Virus record (IMG/VR): IMGVR_UViG_3300042363_000446 | Source of the DNA: an uncultured virus (IMG/VR IMGVR_UViG_3300042363_000446) | Taxonomy: Duplodnaviria > Heunggongvirae > Uroviricota > Caudoviricetes | DNA: 55,360 nt | Direction: 5' to 3' (one strand) | In this document: piece by piece, positions 9,301-17,885 of the stretch | Position numbering within the stretch: the first letter of the stretch is position 1 | Layout of the letters: the number at the start of each line of letters is the position of its first letter | Notes under the pieces: generated by a model | What the model was told of the DNA's origin: nothing | Databases searched by the model: none | The model's input: the letters and a program-made list of their open reading frames with translations, nothing else | Program-made: the position numbers and the translations under genes

Positions 9301-10320
9301 ATGACTAATAATTTATTTAAAAAAGCAGCAGTTTTTACCGATATTCACTTTGGAAATAAGAGCAACAGCACAATTCACAATCAAGATTGTTTAGACTTTG
9401 TTGAATGGTTCATTCAAAAAGCTAAGCAAGAGGGTTGTGAAACTTGTTTTTTCTTGGGTGATTGGAATCATCATAGAGCAAGTATCAACATTCAAACGCT
9501 ACAGTTTGGCTTAAAAGCATTAGAGAAAATGAACGATGCGTTTGAAAAAGTCTACTTTATTCCAGGCAACCACGATTTATACTACAGAGATCGTAGAGAT
9601 ATTAGCTCAGTAGAATGGGCTAAACATCTACCCAATATTATAATTGTTAACGATTGGTTCAAGCATGAAGATGTTGTTATTGCTCCTTGGTTGATCGGAG
9701 ATGACTTTAAAAAGCTTTCTAAAATGAAGGGCAAGTATTTGTTTGGACATTTTGAACTACCCAACTTTTTTATGAATGCGGCCGTGCTGATGCCAGATCA
9801 CGGAGAAGTTAGTGATACTCATGTAAGTGGGTTTGAAAAAGTATTCTCAGGGCATTTTCACAAGCGACAAGCTAGAAAAAACATTTGGTATATTGGAAAT
9901 GCATTCCCTCACAACTATGCAGATGCTGGTGATGATGCTAGGGGAATGATGATTCTAGAATGGGATCAAGAACCTGAGTTTCATGCTTGGCCTAAACAAC
10001 CTACATTTAGAGTGTATAAGCTAAGTGAAATCTTAGATAACCCTGATGGTTTGCTATTATCTCGCTCACATGTTAGAGTACATCTTGATATTGATATTTC
10101 ATATGAAGAAGCTAACTTTATCAGAGAAACATTGATTCCTCAATATAATTTAAGAGAAATGACTTTGATCCCAATGAAGGGTGACAGTGTTTCACAAGAC
10201 AATGCTCAAACTGAACTAAAATTTGAGTCAGTGGATCAAATTATTTTACAAGAAATCACTAACATTGAAAGTGATTTTTATGATACAAAGACCCTATTAG
10301 AGTTATACAAAAATCTATGA
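9301..10320 (+). CDS. gp47: Recombination nuclease subunit (gp47/Mre11/SbcD)
   Basis: Metallophosphoesterase motifs DIHFG, GDWNH, GNHD, GHFE, SGHFH. Confidence 0.92.
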   Translation: MTNNLFKKAAVFTDIHFGNKSNSTIHNQDCLDFVEWFIQKAKQEGCETCFFLGDWNHHRASINIQTLQFGLKALEKMNDAFEKVYFIPGNHDLYYRDRRDISSVEWAKHLPNIIIVNDWFKHEDVVIAPWLIGDDFKKLSKMKGKYLFGHFELPNFFMNAAVLMPDHGEVSDTHVSGFEKVFSGHFHKRQARKNIWYIGNAFPHNYADAGDDARGMMILEWDQEPEFHAWPKQPTFRVYKLSEILDNPDGLLLSRSHVRVHLDIDISYEEANFIRETLIPQYNLREMTLIPMKGDSVSQDNAQTELKFESVDQIILQEITNIESDFYDTKTLLELYKNL

Positions 10321-12392
10321 TCGTACTAAAGAATTTAACAATTAGAAATTTTCTTTCTGTTGGAAATGTTACCCAAGCAGTAAACTTTGATAACAAAGAC
10401 TTAACACTTATTCTGGGCGAAAACTTAGACTTAGGGGGCGATGGTGCCAGAAATGGTGTTGGTAAAACAACAATGATTCAAGCAGTATCTTACGCAATGT
10501 TTGGTTCTCCAATTAATAACATCAGAAAAGATAATTTAATTAACCGTACAAATGGAAAGGGTATGTTAGTTACTCTTGACTTTAATGTTAATGGTACTGA
10601 GTATAAAATAGAGCGCGGTAGAAAGCCCAATCTTTTGAAATTTTACATAGGCGGAGAAGCAGTAAAAGACAGTGAAGACTCTGCACAGGGTGAAAATAAA
10701 GAAACTCAGGTACAAATAGAAAAAATTATAGGTATGAGCAATGATATGTTTAAACATATTATTGCTTTGAATACTTATACTGAACCGTTTTTGTCTATGA
10801 AAGCAGCAGATCAGCGTGACATTATTGAACAGTTAATGGGTATCACACTGCTATCCGAAAAAGCTGAAAAGCTAAAAATCTTGGCTAAAGAAACAAAAGA
10901 TCAAGTACAGTTAGAAGAATTTAAAGTAAAAGCTATTGAAGAAGCCAATAAGCGTGTACAAGAACAAATAGACAGTTTGATACGCAGACAAAAACTTTGG
11001 ACAGCTAAGCATGATGAAGATGTAACTAATTTGGCTGTTACATATGATGATCTTAGTAAAATCAATATTGAGCAAGAATTACTAACCCATAAAGAATTGG
11101 CTTTGTATTTTGAGCGTAAGAAAAAACAAGATGCTTATGAAGCATTACTTGCTAGACAAACTGCTTGGAAAGAAAAGAACGAAAGTGAAATTGCTGTTCT
11201 TTTAAAATCCTACGACCAACTAAGTCATATTGATATTAGTGCTGAACTACAAGCACACAAAGATTTAACTAGCCATCAAAAGAAAAAAGCAGAACTAGCT
11301 CTTTTAAACAAAACAATTGTTTCATTACAAACTACACTAGCCAAAGAAGAAAAGCTAGTAGACAAACTATTAAAAGAAGTTGAAACTCTTAAAGATCATA
11401 AATGCTATGCTTGTGGACAAGATTTACATGATACAAAGCATGATGAAGTTTTAGGTCAGAAAGAAGCTTTGTTAGCATCAGCACAAGGAGATGTTGCCCA
11501 AACCCAAAATGAATTAGAAAAAAATAAAAATTCTATTTTTGAATTGGGTTTGGAACCTAACACTTATTACGATACTGAAGCAGAAGCGTTTAAGCATAAC
11601 TCTGAACTAGAAAGTATCTTAAACATGATTCAAGCTAAGCAAAATGAAACTGATCCATATCAAGAACAAGTTAGTGAACATGTTGTTGAAACTTTAGGTA
11701 CTATGCCCAAAACTCATTACGATACTGAACAAGAAGCTATTGAGCATAAAAGTAAAGTTAGCAATTTGCTAGAACAATTAGAAAAGAAAGCTAACGAAAT
11801 TGACCCTTATATTGATCAAATTGCAGACATGAAAAAAGATGCACTACAAGAAATCAAATTTGATACGATCAATGAACTTAGTAAAAAAGCTGATCATTTG
11901 AAGTTCTTGGTTGAATTGTTAACCAGTAAAGACTCATTTGTTCGTAAAAAGATTATTGATCAGAACTTGTCGTATCTTAACAGCAGATTGACACATTATC
12001 TTGACAAGATTGGATTGCCTCATCAAGTTGTGTTCAAAAATGACTTGAGTGTAGAGATTACTGAACTTGGTAGAGAGTTAGATTTTCATAATCTTAGCCG
12101 CGGAGAAATGAACAGACTGATATTAGCATTGTCTTGGGCGTTCCGCGATGTATGGGAAAACTTGTACTCTCCAATCAATGTATTGTTTATTGACGAATTG
12201 TTAGACAACGGTACTGATAGTGTTGGTGTTGAAAACTCATTGTCAGTATTAAAAGATATGAACAGAACTAGAAATAAATCTATTTGGTTGATTAGTCATA
12301 AAGATGATCTAGTCAATCGTGTAACTAGCGTACTGCGAGTAGTTAAAGAAAACGGATTTACAACCTTTGCTACTAGCAGTGAAGATGTATGA
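10317..12392 (+). CDS. gp46: Recombination ATPase subunit (gp46/Rad50/SbcC)
   Basis: Walker A NGVGKTT, coiled coil with CYAC zinc hook, signature LSRGE, Walker B LFIDE, ISH. Confidence 0.92.
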   Translation: MIVLKNLTIRNFLSVGNVTQAVNFDNKDLTLILGENLDLGGDGARNGVGKTTMIQAVSYAMFGSPINNIRKDNLINRTNGKGMLVTLDFNVNGTEYKIERGRKPNLLKFYIGGEAVKDSEDSAQGENKETQVQIEKIIGMSNDMFKHIIALNTYTEPFLSMKAADQRDIIEQLMGITLLSEKAEKLKILAKETKDQVQLEEFKVKAIEEANKRVQEQIDSLIRRQKLWTAKHDEDVTNLAVTYDDLSKINIEQELLTHKELALYFERKKKQDAYEALLARQTAWKEKNESEIAVLLKSYDQLSHIDISAELQAHKDLTSHQKKKAELALLNKTIVSLQTTLAKEEKLVDKLLKEVETLKDHKCYACGQDLHDTKHDEVLGQKEALLASAQGDVAQTQNELEKNKNSIFELGLEPNTYYDTEAEAFKHNSELESILNMIQAKQNETDPYQEQVSEHVVETLGTMPKTHYDTEQEAIEHKSKVSNLLEQLEKKANEIDPYIDQIADMKKDALQEIKFDTINELSKKADHLKFLVELLTSKDSFVRKKIIDQNLSYLNSRLTHYLDKIGLPHQVVFKNDLSVEITELGRELDFHNLSRGEMNRLILALSWAFRDVWENLYSPINVLFIDELLDNGTDSVGVENSLSVLKDMNRTRNKSIWLISHKDDLVNRVTSVLRVVKENGFTTFATSSEDV

Positions 12393-12430
12393 AAATAAAT
12401 TGGACAGTTTGAAACACGATAATTAATGAT

Positions 12431-12964
12431 ATGACATCACCACAAAAAGCAAAAGGTAATTCTTGGGAAAGAACAGTCGCTATATATCTTAGCGACTTAT
12501 ATCAATCCAGCTTTCATAGAATCCCTAATTCAGGAGCTTATGTTGGTGGAAAGAATTCTGTAAGAAAAGAATCTCTTGACACGAACCAAGTAAAGTCTTT
12601 TAAAGGTGATATAGCTGCTCCAGATTCATGGGTTAACTTCAATTGTGAATGTAAATCTTATGGAGACTTCCCGTTTCATCAAGTTCTAGCAGGTAGCTGT
12701 AAACAACTTGATGGATGGTTAGAACAGTTAATGGCAGTAGCAGATAAAGACGATCTAAACATTTTGTTTGTTAAGATCAATCGCAAAGGTAAGTTTATCG
12801 CTGTTCAAACTAAGTACACATGGGTTACTGACCAGTTTATGTACTATACATCTAAAAATCAGGGTGATTGGATTCTCGTTGACTTTGATCATTTTTTTAA
12901 TCATAATAAAGACCTTCTTAAAGTATATTCAAACTCTAATTCTCAACCCGACACCAAGTCATAA
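12431..12964 (+). CDS. Holliday junction resolvase-like PD-(D/E)XK nuclease
   Basis: KAKGNSWER...GDI...ECK pattern of Hjc-type phage resolvases. Confidence 0.7.
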   Translation: MTSPQKAKGNSWERTVAIYLSDLYQSSFHRIPNSGAYVGGKNSVRKESLDTNQVKSFKGDIAAPDSWVNFNCECKSYGDFPFHQVLAGSCKQLDGWLEQLMAVADKDDLNILFVKINRKGKFIAVQTKYTWVTDQFMYYTSKNQGDWILVDFDHFFNHNKDLLKVYSNSNSQPDTKS

Positions 12965-12974
12965 TTATTAACAA

Positions 12975-13455
12975 TTCGTTTAGTCGGGATAGCCCGACTC
13001 TCCTTGAGACTGCTAGCATAGTGCTATTGCCGTTGGATTCTGGAGTAAGCGTACAATCTAGTAGTAATTGATTGTACGGAACACCGACAGGGCTCTCGTT
13101 ATGTGTGCGAACCCTGAATGAGTCTATATTTTATTCTATCTTGCGGATATAGAACATGCGTTGCTGAAGCGATAGTGATTTGTTCACTATTAGTCTTCAA
13201 CTACAGTCCCAGCAAACCTTACAGAGCAACCGGTGGCGTTAGGTAGCTAAACGGCTAACTCTAACGGGGAACAGATGGCAAAGGCGAGAGGCCGCAAGGA
13301 ATCTTAACCAGTGGTAGTGCTGTTTAGCACTACCATGGCTTCAAGACTGCAATGATTTAAACCCCAGATATAATTTAATCAATATGATACCGAAATGAGT
13401 ATGAGCAAAGCGAATACGAATGAGTGTATCAGTTGTCCGTAAGGACAACTTTTAA
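12975..13455 (+). ncRNA. Candidate large structured non-coding element (RNA and/or ssDNA)
   Basis: ORF-free ~490 bp, ~47% GC by hand count over 12981-13350, at least 9 hairpins with G-U pairs and GNRA loops on the + strand; family not recognised. Confidence 0.65.
13431..13453 (+). terminator. Probable intrinsic terminator at 3' end of the structured element
   Basis: AGTTGTCC-GTAA-GGACAACT followed by TTT. Confidence 0.55.
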
Positions 13456-13461
13456 TATAGA

Positions 13462-13689
13462 TTAAAAGAATGGAAGTTTAGATTTCTTTGTTGTTTCTAA
13501 GTTGGATTCAATTAGTTCACTTACTAATTTTCTTTCCGGTGCAGATAAATTAAGGGCGTCTGTATATGACAGTCCGCCCCTAGAATACCATGAAAAAGAA
13601 AGTGCTTGTCTTTTTATCTCAATACATTCTTTTTCTAGCTGGTCAATCAGGCTCTTTATATCCTCAGGGGCTAAACTAAGGAGCCTCAT
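13462..13689 (-). CDS. Baseplate hub assembly protein, gp51-like
   Basis: SWYSRGGLSYTDALNLSAPER; overlaps and follows the gp26-like gene. Confidence 0.55.
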   Translation of the reverse strand: MRLLSLAPEDIKSLIDQLEKECIEIKRQALSFSWYSRGGLSYTDALNLSAPERKLVSELIESNLETTKKSKLPFF

Positions 13690-14519
13690 CCGAAAAAATC
13701 GGATACATTCAACGTAAATGGTTGTTGATATTGGTGATTACATTCACCGCATTGTAATGCCAAAGGTTTTAAGTTAGTTTTTTCTTTTAAGTTAGCGTTA
13801 TGCTCTTTGATTGCATTAAAAGTATCTCTAGAACAGTTTCTTAAAAAGTCTTCAATAAACTCTTTATTATCTACTCTATGCCCATCAGGAGTTTCAACAT
13901 ATTCTATAGTTTTAGCTATAAGTTTAATTGATAACTCTGTAATAGTTTTTAACCCTTCTTGAGATTTTTGTTCTTTTATTGAAGCATCTTTTTCTTGTTC
14001 AACGGACAATAGCAACCTTTGTAAATCAAATTGTGCTAAATTAGCTTGATTGATGTCATTATAATCCAAAGGATTAAACTTTAACTTTAGTTCAAGAACT
14101 TCTAATTTTTCTTCATAGTCAGGTGACGTTAGCCCACTTAGTACAAAATTTAGATCAATTGCATAAGTTGCTTTATTCTGGCAAGCAGGGCACTGTGAAT
14201 CTAGTTCTAAACTATTTCCAGTAGAAGCTACTTTGATTCCAATCAATATAGTGTCTAAATCAATATTGTTTATTTTCCATGGATCTTTGATATCAGGTAT
14301 ACAACTTTTTATAAGATCAACTATTACATTACCGTTAAACAATGCATCGGGTGTTTTTGTAGTAATTTCATCAATCGCTGTCATAGGATAAACAGGTATT
14401 TCTTCTGTTTCTGGATAATTTAAAACATCAGGAGTATAATATTTACCCTTGGATGGTAGCTTGATATAGATAGCTGGTCTTCTAAAGTATTGCTTTAGTG
14501 GGTTATTAGATGTACTCAT
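13686..14519 (-). CDS. gp26: Baseplate hub assembly chaperone, gp26-like
   Basis: IKLPSKG...PMTAIDE...DLDTILIGIKVASTG...CPAC and C-terminal CGECNH. Confidence 0.75.
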   Translation of the reverse strand: MSTSNNPLKQYFRRPAIYIKLPSKGKYYTPDVLNYPETEEIPVYPMTAIDEITTKTPDALFNGNVIVDLIKSCIPDIKDPWKINNIDLDTILIGIKVASTGNSLELDSQCPACQNKATYAIDLNFVLSGLTSPDYEEKLEVLELKLKFNPLDYNDINQANLAQFDLQRLLLSVEQEKDASIKEQKSQEGLKTITELSIKLIAKTIEYVETPDGHRVDNKEFIEDFLRNCSRDTFNAIKEHNANLKEKTNLKPLALQCGECNHQYQQPFTLNVSDFFG

Positions 14520-14549
14520 TTGATATCCTCATATTTTGGAGTTATTCAT

Positions 14550-14578
14550 TAACACTAAATAGTGTTAGTATATTTATG
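14550..14578. promoter_or_regulatory. Face-to-face late promoters between gp26 and the tape-measure-like gene
   Basis: CTAAATA (+, 14555-14561) inside dyad TAACACT-AAAT-AGTGTTA, and CATAAATA (-, 14571-14578). Confidence 0.6.
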
Positions 14579-14604
14579 TACCAAAAATAACCGGAATAAA
14601 AAAA

Positions 14605-17600
14605 ATGGCTTTAAATTTAGATGAATTACAAGATCAAATTAATGAATTTACTCAACAATTAGCCGATGCTAATATAAAAAGAGTTCAAGAGATCCGTACA
14701 ACTGGCCAAGTATCCACCCAGCTTGATGACCAAATTAAAGATTTAACTGTTAAATTAAAAAATCTTACTGATACTCAAAAAAAGCTGGATGAGCTAACAA
14801 AAACTCTTACTACTAGCTTCATGAGTCTTGGATCCACGTTATTAAACGTGTCAAACGATATAACTAAATTTTCTCCTGTAGTTAAGGGTGTAGTAAGTGG
14901 CGCCGGCACATTAGCGTCAGGTTTAGCCAGTGCGTCAAATGCGTCGCCTATATTTGTTAAGTCCATTGAATTTGCTACCAAAGCAGCAGAAATATTTGCA
15001 GATAGCTTAGTAAAGTACACTGGAACTATCATAAAAACATTTGATTCTGTTGCTACTATAGGGGGAGCAGCAGGATTAACAGCCACTGAGCTAGAGCGTT
15101 TAGGAAGAGAATCAAGATTTTCAGGTGATGATTTACAAGTTTTTGGTGATATAGTAAAAAAGCAAGGTAGCACCTTAGTAGCACTTGGTGGAGGAGTTGC
15201 GGGAGGTGTAGAAGCTTTTGCTAGTTTTGTTCATGTAGGAGAAGATCAACTTAAAAAGTATAGAATGTTGGGTATATCTCAAACACAACTAGCTGAATAT
15301 CAAGGTCATTATGCTAGTAGTTTGTTACGAAGTGGTATATCTTTGGATAGAAGTGAGAGCGGACAAAAAAAATTACAAGAAGCCTCACTTCAATATAGAG
15401 ATGTTTTGTATGCTTTAAGTACTTTATCAGGAGATACGTTAGAGCAGCAACAAAAAGCTATGGAATTTCAACAACAACATGCTAACTTTCAAGCGTTAAT
15501 GACAGATAGAGATATAGAACTAATAAGAATGGAGGAGGAGTTATCAGCAAAAAAATCTACATTAAGTCAGGAAGAAATAGCAACAAGAGAAGCTGACATC
15601 AATCGTATGAAACTTGTGAATCAAGTATTAATGATAACAGCAACTAGTATTAGTCCTGAAAAAATGGGTGTCAAACAAGCTGCTGATGCGATGACATCCT
15701 TAGCAACACAAGGCATGGCTTTTACTGAAGGTATAGCTTCTATAGAAATGGGTTTTAATCAAGCTGGATTGTCATTTGTGGGAAATGTTCGTGAGTTATT
15801 TAACTTTGAGGGATCGTTAGAAGAAGCTGCGGTACTTGTTGCAAATTTCACAAAAGATTTACAAGTTTCATCCGATGCAATAGTAGACAATAGTAACGGT
15901 CTTGCAGCACTTTTAGGACCAGAATATTTAGAAGTATATGGAAGTTCAGTTGAAAGATTGGGAGCATCTGCTGTAACTAGAAGACAAACTGAAGAAGAAA
16001 GATTAGCTTTGATTACGGCAGCATTCGCAAAGATAACAGAATCAGCAGATGGCACAACAGATCCAGTAATGAATTTGCAATCAGAATTGGAAGAATTGGG
16101 TAGAAACTTTAGAGAAGTAGTATCTACTATTAGTGCAAATGTACTTCCAAGTCTGACTAACTTTGCATCAAAAACACTTGAAACAGGTAATGCTCTTTAT
16201 GAGATAATAACAGGTGTATCTAAAGAAGAACGCAATAATGAAGTATCAGGTGCGGGTATTTCTGGATTAGGAGCAGCAGTAATTGGAGCCTTAGGTGTAA
16301 TCTTAGCACCAAAAATAGTAACTAGTCTTGCGAGACGAGTGTTAGGGGGAACACCCGCCGGTACTGCTGCCGCCGGTACTGCTGCTGCTGCTGCCGGTAC
16401 TGCTGCTGCTGCCGGTACTTCAACCAGTTCTACAATTCGTCAACAAGTAATGAGATCGGGACAAATAAGACCTACATGGCAAACTGTGTCTAATTCAAAT
16501 TATACTCCGCCATCAACACCAAGTCCGACACAGGCAGGATCCTCAAGATTCAGTCAATTCCTTCAAAAGGTAAGCACTAAATTAGGACCTAGAGTAGCTG
16601 GAAAATTGGCTTTGTCAGCAGGTTTACTAGTTGTGCCGGGCCCTGGTTGGATTATGGCGTTAATTAACTTAGGTCTTAATGCATCTACAGCCTGGGCTGT
16701 ATACCAAATTTGGAAAGAATTTAGCGGAAGTAGTGATACTGAAACTCAAGAAGAAGAAGCAGTTACCGGAAACATATCTTCTGCTTTTGGTACCGCGACA
16801 CAGGATTTAGCTCAATCATTATCTCAATTAACCGGTGATGATACAACTGTAGGTAAAATACCTACACTAACAAACTCGTTTGATGATTTAGTATCTACTA
16901 CTGATTTACTAATAGAAGCATTTGGATCATTAAGTATAGCAGTTAGATCACCTGACTCTGAAAATACAAATTCTCAAACTACACCTGCTCCGCAAGTTAG
17001 TACAGCAACAGATACAGGAATAACTTCTACTACACCTGCTCCGCAAGTTAGTACAACAACAGATACAGGAATAACTTCTTCTACATCTGCTCCTCAGGTT
17101 AGTATAGCAAGAAATACAGGAACTAATGTATCTGACCAACAAGCAAAAGATTTTATAATAAACAATGAAGGTATAAGATATGAACCATATCAAGATACTT
17201 TAGGTAATTGGACTGTTGGAGTGGGGCATTTAATCGGTAGTAATTTGCCGCCTGAAATGAACAGAAGATTTAGTCATGATGAAGTAATGGATATGTTTGA
17301 TCAAGATTACATGCATCATAAAACGGCGGCACAGAGCATACCTAGATTTAATCAGTTAGATGGATTAGGGCAAACAGCATTAACAGACTTAACATTTAAT
17401 ATGGGTCCAAATTGGCTAAGTGGGTGGCCTAACTTATCTAACCAACTTAATGAAGGAGATATAGGTTCTGCTGCTGATAATTTACGAAATAGTAGATGGT
17501 ATGATCAGGTAGGCGGAAGAGGGCCAAGAGTTACAAACATGTTAGACTCAGCAACGATATCAGCAGCTACCGGCGGTATAGCATCAGGCCCTGAAACCGG

Positions 17601-17850
17601 ATACTTAGGAAAGTTACATGGAACTGAGTTAATACAACCTATTAATTCGGACTCAATACTTTCTAGATTAGCTACTACTCCGGACAATCAACCAACTGAA
17701 ATTAACAATGACTCACAATCAAGATTAGCCGACTTGTACAGATCAAACATGTTATTAGTAGAAACATTAAATTCTAAATTAGACAACATGATTTCTAAAT
17801 TGGGTGAAAGTAATTATATTCAAGAAAGAATATTAAGTAATACTGTATAA
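14605..17850 (+). CDS. Tape-measure-like tail protein with C-terminal GH24 lysozyme domain
   Basis: Long helical Ala/Gly-rich body with hydrophobic segments; NEGIRYEPYQDTLGNWTVGVGHLI (E-x8-D-x5-T triad), FNMG, SRWYDQVGGRGPR. Confidence 0.8.
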   Translation: MALNLDELQDQINEFTQQLADANIKRVQEIRTTGQVSTQLDDQIKDLTVKLKNLTDTQKKLDELTKTLTTSFMSLGSTLLNVSNDITKFSPVVKGVVSGAGTLASGLASASNASPIFVKSIEFATKAAEIFADSLVKYTGTIIKTFDSVATIGGAAGLTATELERLGRESRFSGDDLQVFGDIVKKQGSTLVALGGGVAGGVEAFASFVHVGEDQLKKYRMLGISQTQLAEYQGHYASSLLRSGISLDRSESGQKKLQEASLQYRDVLYALSTLSGDTLEQQQKAMEFQQQHANFQALMTDRDIELIRMEEELSAKKSTLSQEEIATREADINRMKLVNQVLMITATSISPEKMGVKQAADAMTSLATQGMAFTEGIASIEMGFNQAGLSFVGNVRELFNFEGSLEEAAVLVANFTKDLQVSSDAIVDNSNGLAALLGPEYLEVYGSSVERLGASAVTRRQTEEERLALITAAFAKITESADGTTDPVMNLQSELEELGRNFREVVSTISANVLPSLTNFASKTLETGNALYEIITGVSKEERNNEVSGAGISGLGAAVIGALGVILAPKIVTSLARRVLGGTPAGTAAAGTAAAAAGTAAAAGTSTSSTIRQQVMRSGQIRPTWQTVSNSNYTPPSTPSPTQAGSSRFSQFLQKVSTKLGPRVAGKLALSAGLLVVPGPGWIMALINLGLNASTAWAVYQIWKEFSGSSDTETQEEEAVTGNISSAFGTATQDLAQSLSQLTGDDTTVGKIPTLTNSFDDLVSTTDLLIEAFGSLSIAVRSPDSENTNSQTTPAPQVSTATDTGITSTTPAPQVSTTTDTGITSSTSAPQVSIARNTGTNVSDQQAKDFIINNEGIRYEPYQDTLGNWTVGVGHLIGSNLPPEMNRRFSHDEVMDMFDQDYMHHKTAAQSIPRFNQLDGLGQTALTDLTFNMGPNWLSGWPNLSNQLNEGDIGSAADNLRNSRWYDQVGGRGPRVTNMLDSATISAATGGIASGPETGYLGKLHGTELIQPINSDSILSRLATTPDNQPTEINNDSQSRLADLYRSNMLLVETLNSKLDNMISKLGESNYIQERILSNTV
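16355..16418. repeat. Short tandem gccggtact(gct)n repeats (AGTAAA)
   Basis: Four gccggtact units separated by gct runs. Confidence 0.8.
16978..17124. repeat. 51-bp tandem repeat x3 (TTPAPQVSTxTDTGITS linker before the lysozyme domain)
   Basis: Directly visible; third copy degenerate. Confidence 0.9.
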
Positions 17851-17885
17851 TAAACTAAATACACTATTAACTAAGTAGATTAATT

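Noticed and set aside
12975..13455. tmRNA, RNase P RNA, or group I/II intron identity for the structured element
   Set aside because: No tRNA-like ends or T-arm, no GAGGAAAGUCC/P4 pairing (only a loose AAACC..GAGCAA resemblance), no convincing P7 R/S pair or domain V, and no interrupted gene
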